DNA from: a virus
IMG/VR virus record: IMGVR_UViG_3300045988_177924
Length of the DNA: 64,000 nucleotides
Direction: 5' to 3' (one strand)
This document shows, piece after piece, positions 62,231-64,000 of the stretch. The position numbers were made by a program, and so were the translations under genes. Under the pieces are notes generated by a model. It was given only the letters and a program-made list of their open reading frames with translations, was not told the origin of the DNA and made no database searches. Numbering within the stretch: position 1 is the first letter of the stretch; every line of letters starts with the position of its first letter.

Positions 62231-63496
62231 ATGGAGAAACAAATACGTACTACTTTAATTTTACGTAATGACACCAGCACCAATTGGGCTGCTTCCAAGC
62301 TTGTTTTGAAAAAAGGTGAAGTTGGTTATGATACCGATTTACACATTTTCAAGGTTGGAGATGGCACCAAAACTTGGAGCGAAATTACCATTTCATTTGT
62401 GGATTTGGCAGCCGTCGAAAAAGCAATCGGCGATGCTACCAAAAATTTGCACACAACCGATGTTTATCAGAAAGACATCGCGTTGGGTGGTGACAAAGCG
62501 GCAGCGCTTGCTGAAATCACAGCACCTGTCAAAGGTGATATTGCGATCATCAGGGAAGCGTTGGCTGGTGGAAAATATCAGTATACCGCATATGTACGCG
62601 GCGAGACCAACTGGGAAGCCATGGATGGCAATTACGACGCAGGTAATGTCTATTTTAAAGATGATATCACAGCAACCACAGCGTTTGGTATTTATGCTCC
62701 TGACGCATCTGGTTCGGTTGTGTTGCCTGCAAGTGGTAAGTCTGTAGAAGAATTCTTAAAAGGAGCGCTCGCAAAGGCTAATAACACTCCTACGGTGAAA
62801 CAACCGTCGGTTTCAATCAGTTTGACTGGAGCTGGAGCAAAAGAAGTTGGTAGCGAATTCACTCCTGCATATACGGTAAGTTTTAATAAAGGTAGTTATC
62901 AATATGGCCCTGATACGGGCATTACGGCAACCTATGCGGTCAGTGATACGGCTTCGCACACGGCTACTACAGCCACGGGTTCGTTTGCTAAGTTTACAGT
63001 TGGTGACAGCACTAATTACAAGGTCAGTGTTGTTGCTACGCACACGGCTGGTGCTGATCCTAAAAACAATCTTGGTGTGACTGAGGGTGTAGCTGGTAAA
63101 ATTGCGGCTGGCACAAAGAATGCTACTTCGGGTGCTGTTACTGGTTATAGAAACAGCTTCTGGGGTGGTGTCAACTCTAAAGAAGGCATTCCCACGAGTG
63201 CGATTATTAGAGGTTTGGCTGGTAAGAAAGGCGGCGCAATTGCGGCAGGTAATACGGGCGATGCTCAAGAGGCTGTTGGTGACATGCGTGTTATCATAGC
63301 TGTTCCTGCACCGAGAACCATCAATTCAATCAAAGACGTTAACGGATTGAACGCAGAAGCGTTCAGCGCATTTACCCATGTTACTGTGGATGTAGAAGGC
63401 GCGAATGGCTATGAGGCTAAGTCGTATAACGTATATTACAAAGATAATGCTGCAGCTTGTGACAAAGCGAATAAGTGGCATTTCACCGTAGCATAA
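62231..63496 (+). CDS. tail fibre / receptor-binding protein (421 aa)
   Basis: SD AAAGGAGAG before ATG 62231; N-terminus LILRNDTSTNWAASKLVLKKGEVGYDTDLHIFKVGDGTKTWSEI matches the widespread fibre/hyaluronidase N-terminal (Mtd-N-like) motif. Confidence 0.55.
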   Translation: MEKQIRTTLILRNDTSTNWAASKLVLKKGEVGYDTDLHIFKVGDGTKTWSEITISFVDLAAVEKAIGDATKNLHTTDVYQKDIALGGDKAAALAEITAPVKGDIAIIREALAGGKYQYTAYVRGETNWEAMDGNYDAGNVYFKDDITATTAFGIYAPDASGSVVLPASGKSVEEFLKGALAKANNTPTVKQPSVSISLTGAGAKEVGSEFTPAYTVSFNKGSYQYGPDTGITATYAVSDTASHTATTATGSFAKFTVGDSTNYKVSVVATHTAGADPKNNLGVTEGVAGKIAAGTKNATSGAVTGYRNSFWGGVNSKEGIPTSAIIRGLAGKKGGAIAAGNTGDAQEAVGDMRVIIAVPAPRTINSIKDVNGLNAEAFSAFTHVTVDVEGANGYEAKSYNVYYKDNAAACDKANKWHFTVA

Positions 63497-63514
63497 TAGA
63501 GGGAGGTATATACT

Positions 63515-64000
63515 ATGTCAATGGATTTTGGTAAATTAAATTTTGCTGTTGGCTTTAATAGGACTTCTGCTTTCCCACTGGATGCTAATAGCTATTTTGA
63601 GAATTATAATGACGCCGTCACTGCTGCTGCGGGTGCCGCAGAAGTAGGCAGTGCAGATAGTGCATATTATATTGGTCAATTATTGATCGTTAAGGATACC
63701 ACCGAAGGTGTTGGTCTTTATCAAATCAATGCAGGTAAAACCCTTACGAAGTTTGGTCAGGCTTCTAGCGCAGACGAACTTGCAGGCAAAATTAGTGCAC
63801 TTGAAGCACGTTGCGCGGTAATCGAAGGTAAACTCATTCTTGCGACAACGGAAAAAGATGGTTTCCTGTCGAAAGAAGACAAAGCAAAACTTGACGGTAT
63901 TGCCGCTGGCGCACAAGTTAACGTTCTTGAAGGTGTTAAGGTCGACGGCGTTGATGTTGAAATAGTCGACAAAAAAGTAAACATTGATTTAAGTCCCTAT
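63515..64000 (+). CDS. tail fibre protein, N-terminal part (runs off the window)
   Basis: SD GAGGGAGG before ATG 63515; frame open to nt 64000; LSKEDKAKLDGIAAGAQVN fibre repeat. Confidence 0.55.
   Translation, partial: MSMDFGKLNFAVGFNRTSAFPLDANSYFENYNDAVTAAAGAAEVGSADSAYYIGQLLIVKDTTEGVGLYQINAGKTLTKFGQASSADELAGKISALEARCAVIEGKLILATTEKDGFLSKEDKAKLDGIAAGAQVNVLEGVKVDGVDVEIVDKKVNIDLSPY

Noticed and set aside
1-64000. tRNA, rRNA and tmRNA genes
   Set aside because: Visual scanning of the non-coding stretches found no cloverleaf with a GGTTCGAATCC-type T-arm and no rRNA-like conserved blocks. A tRNAscan/Infernal run is still needed to be certain.

Overview
The window reads as one contiguous piece of a large tailed-phage genome. 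It is AT-rich, and nearly every ORF has a Firmicute-style AGGAGG Shine-Dalgarno (SD). Layout: (i) 1-11.6 kb is a rightward early-type module of small ORFs with consensus TTGACA-17-TATAAT promoters. It includes two tandem SSB-like OB-fold genes, a CYTH-like gene bracketed by 17-bp inverted repeats, and a ~1 kb iteron-rich non-coding region. (ii) 10.6-11.2 kb is a TA-only low-complexity island. (iii) 12.1-36.2 kb is a leftward module of about 55 tightly packed, mostly small acidic ORFs of unknown function. It begins with an IscB (OMEGA) RNA-guided-nuclease gene and an omega-RNA-sized structured leader. It also holds a ~0.85 kb ORF-free, G+C-rich, helix-dense region and at least three copies of a conserved structured 5' leader RNA. 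(iv) 36.2-36.7 kb is a control region with four consensus promoters, two of them face-to-face across a second TA-only island. (v) 36.8-64 kb is a rightward module. It contains a guanylate-kinase-like gene and a YonO/RdRP-like single-subunit RNA polymerase split inside its DFDGD motif by a group I intron carrying a GIY-YIG homing endonuclease. It continues with a metallophosphoesterase, a terminase large subunit split by an ORF-less group I intron, portal, scaffold/protease-like and major capsid genes, further virion proteins, an LL-H-type holin and tail-fibre genes. I saw no rRNA, tRNA or CRISPR array. All calls come from reading the sequence and from motif memory; no searches were run. Coordinates of non-ORF features were counted by hand, so expect errors of a few nt.
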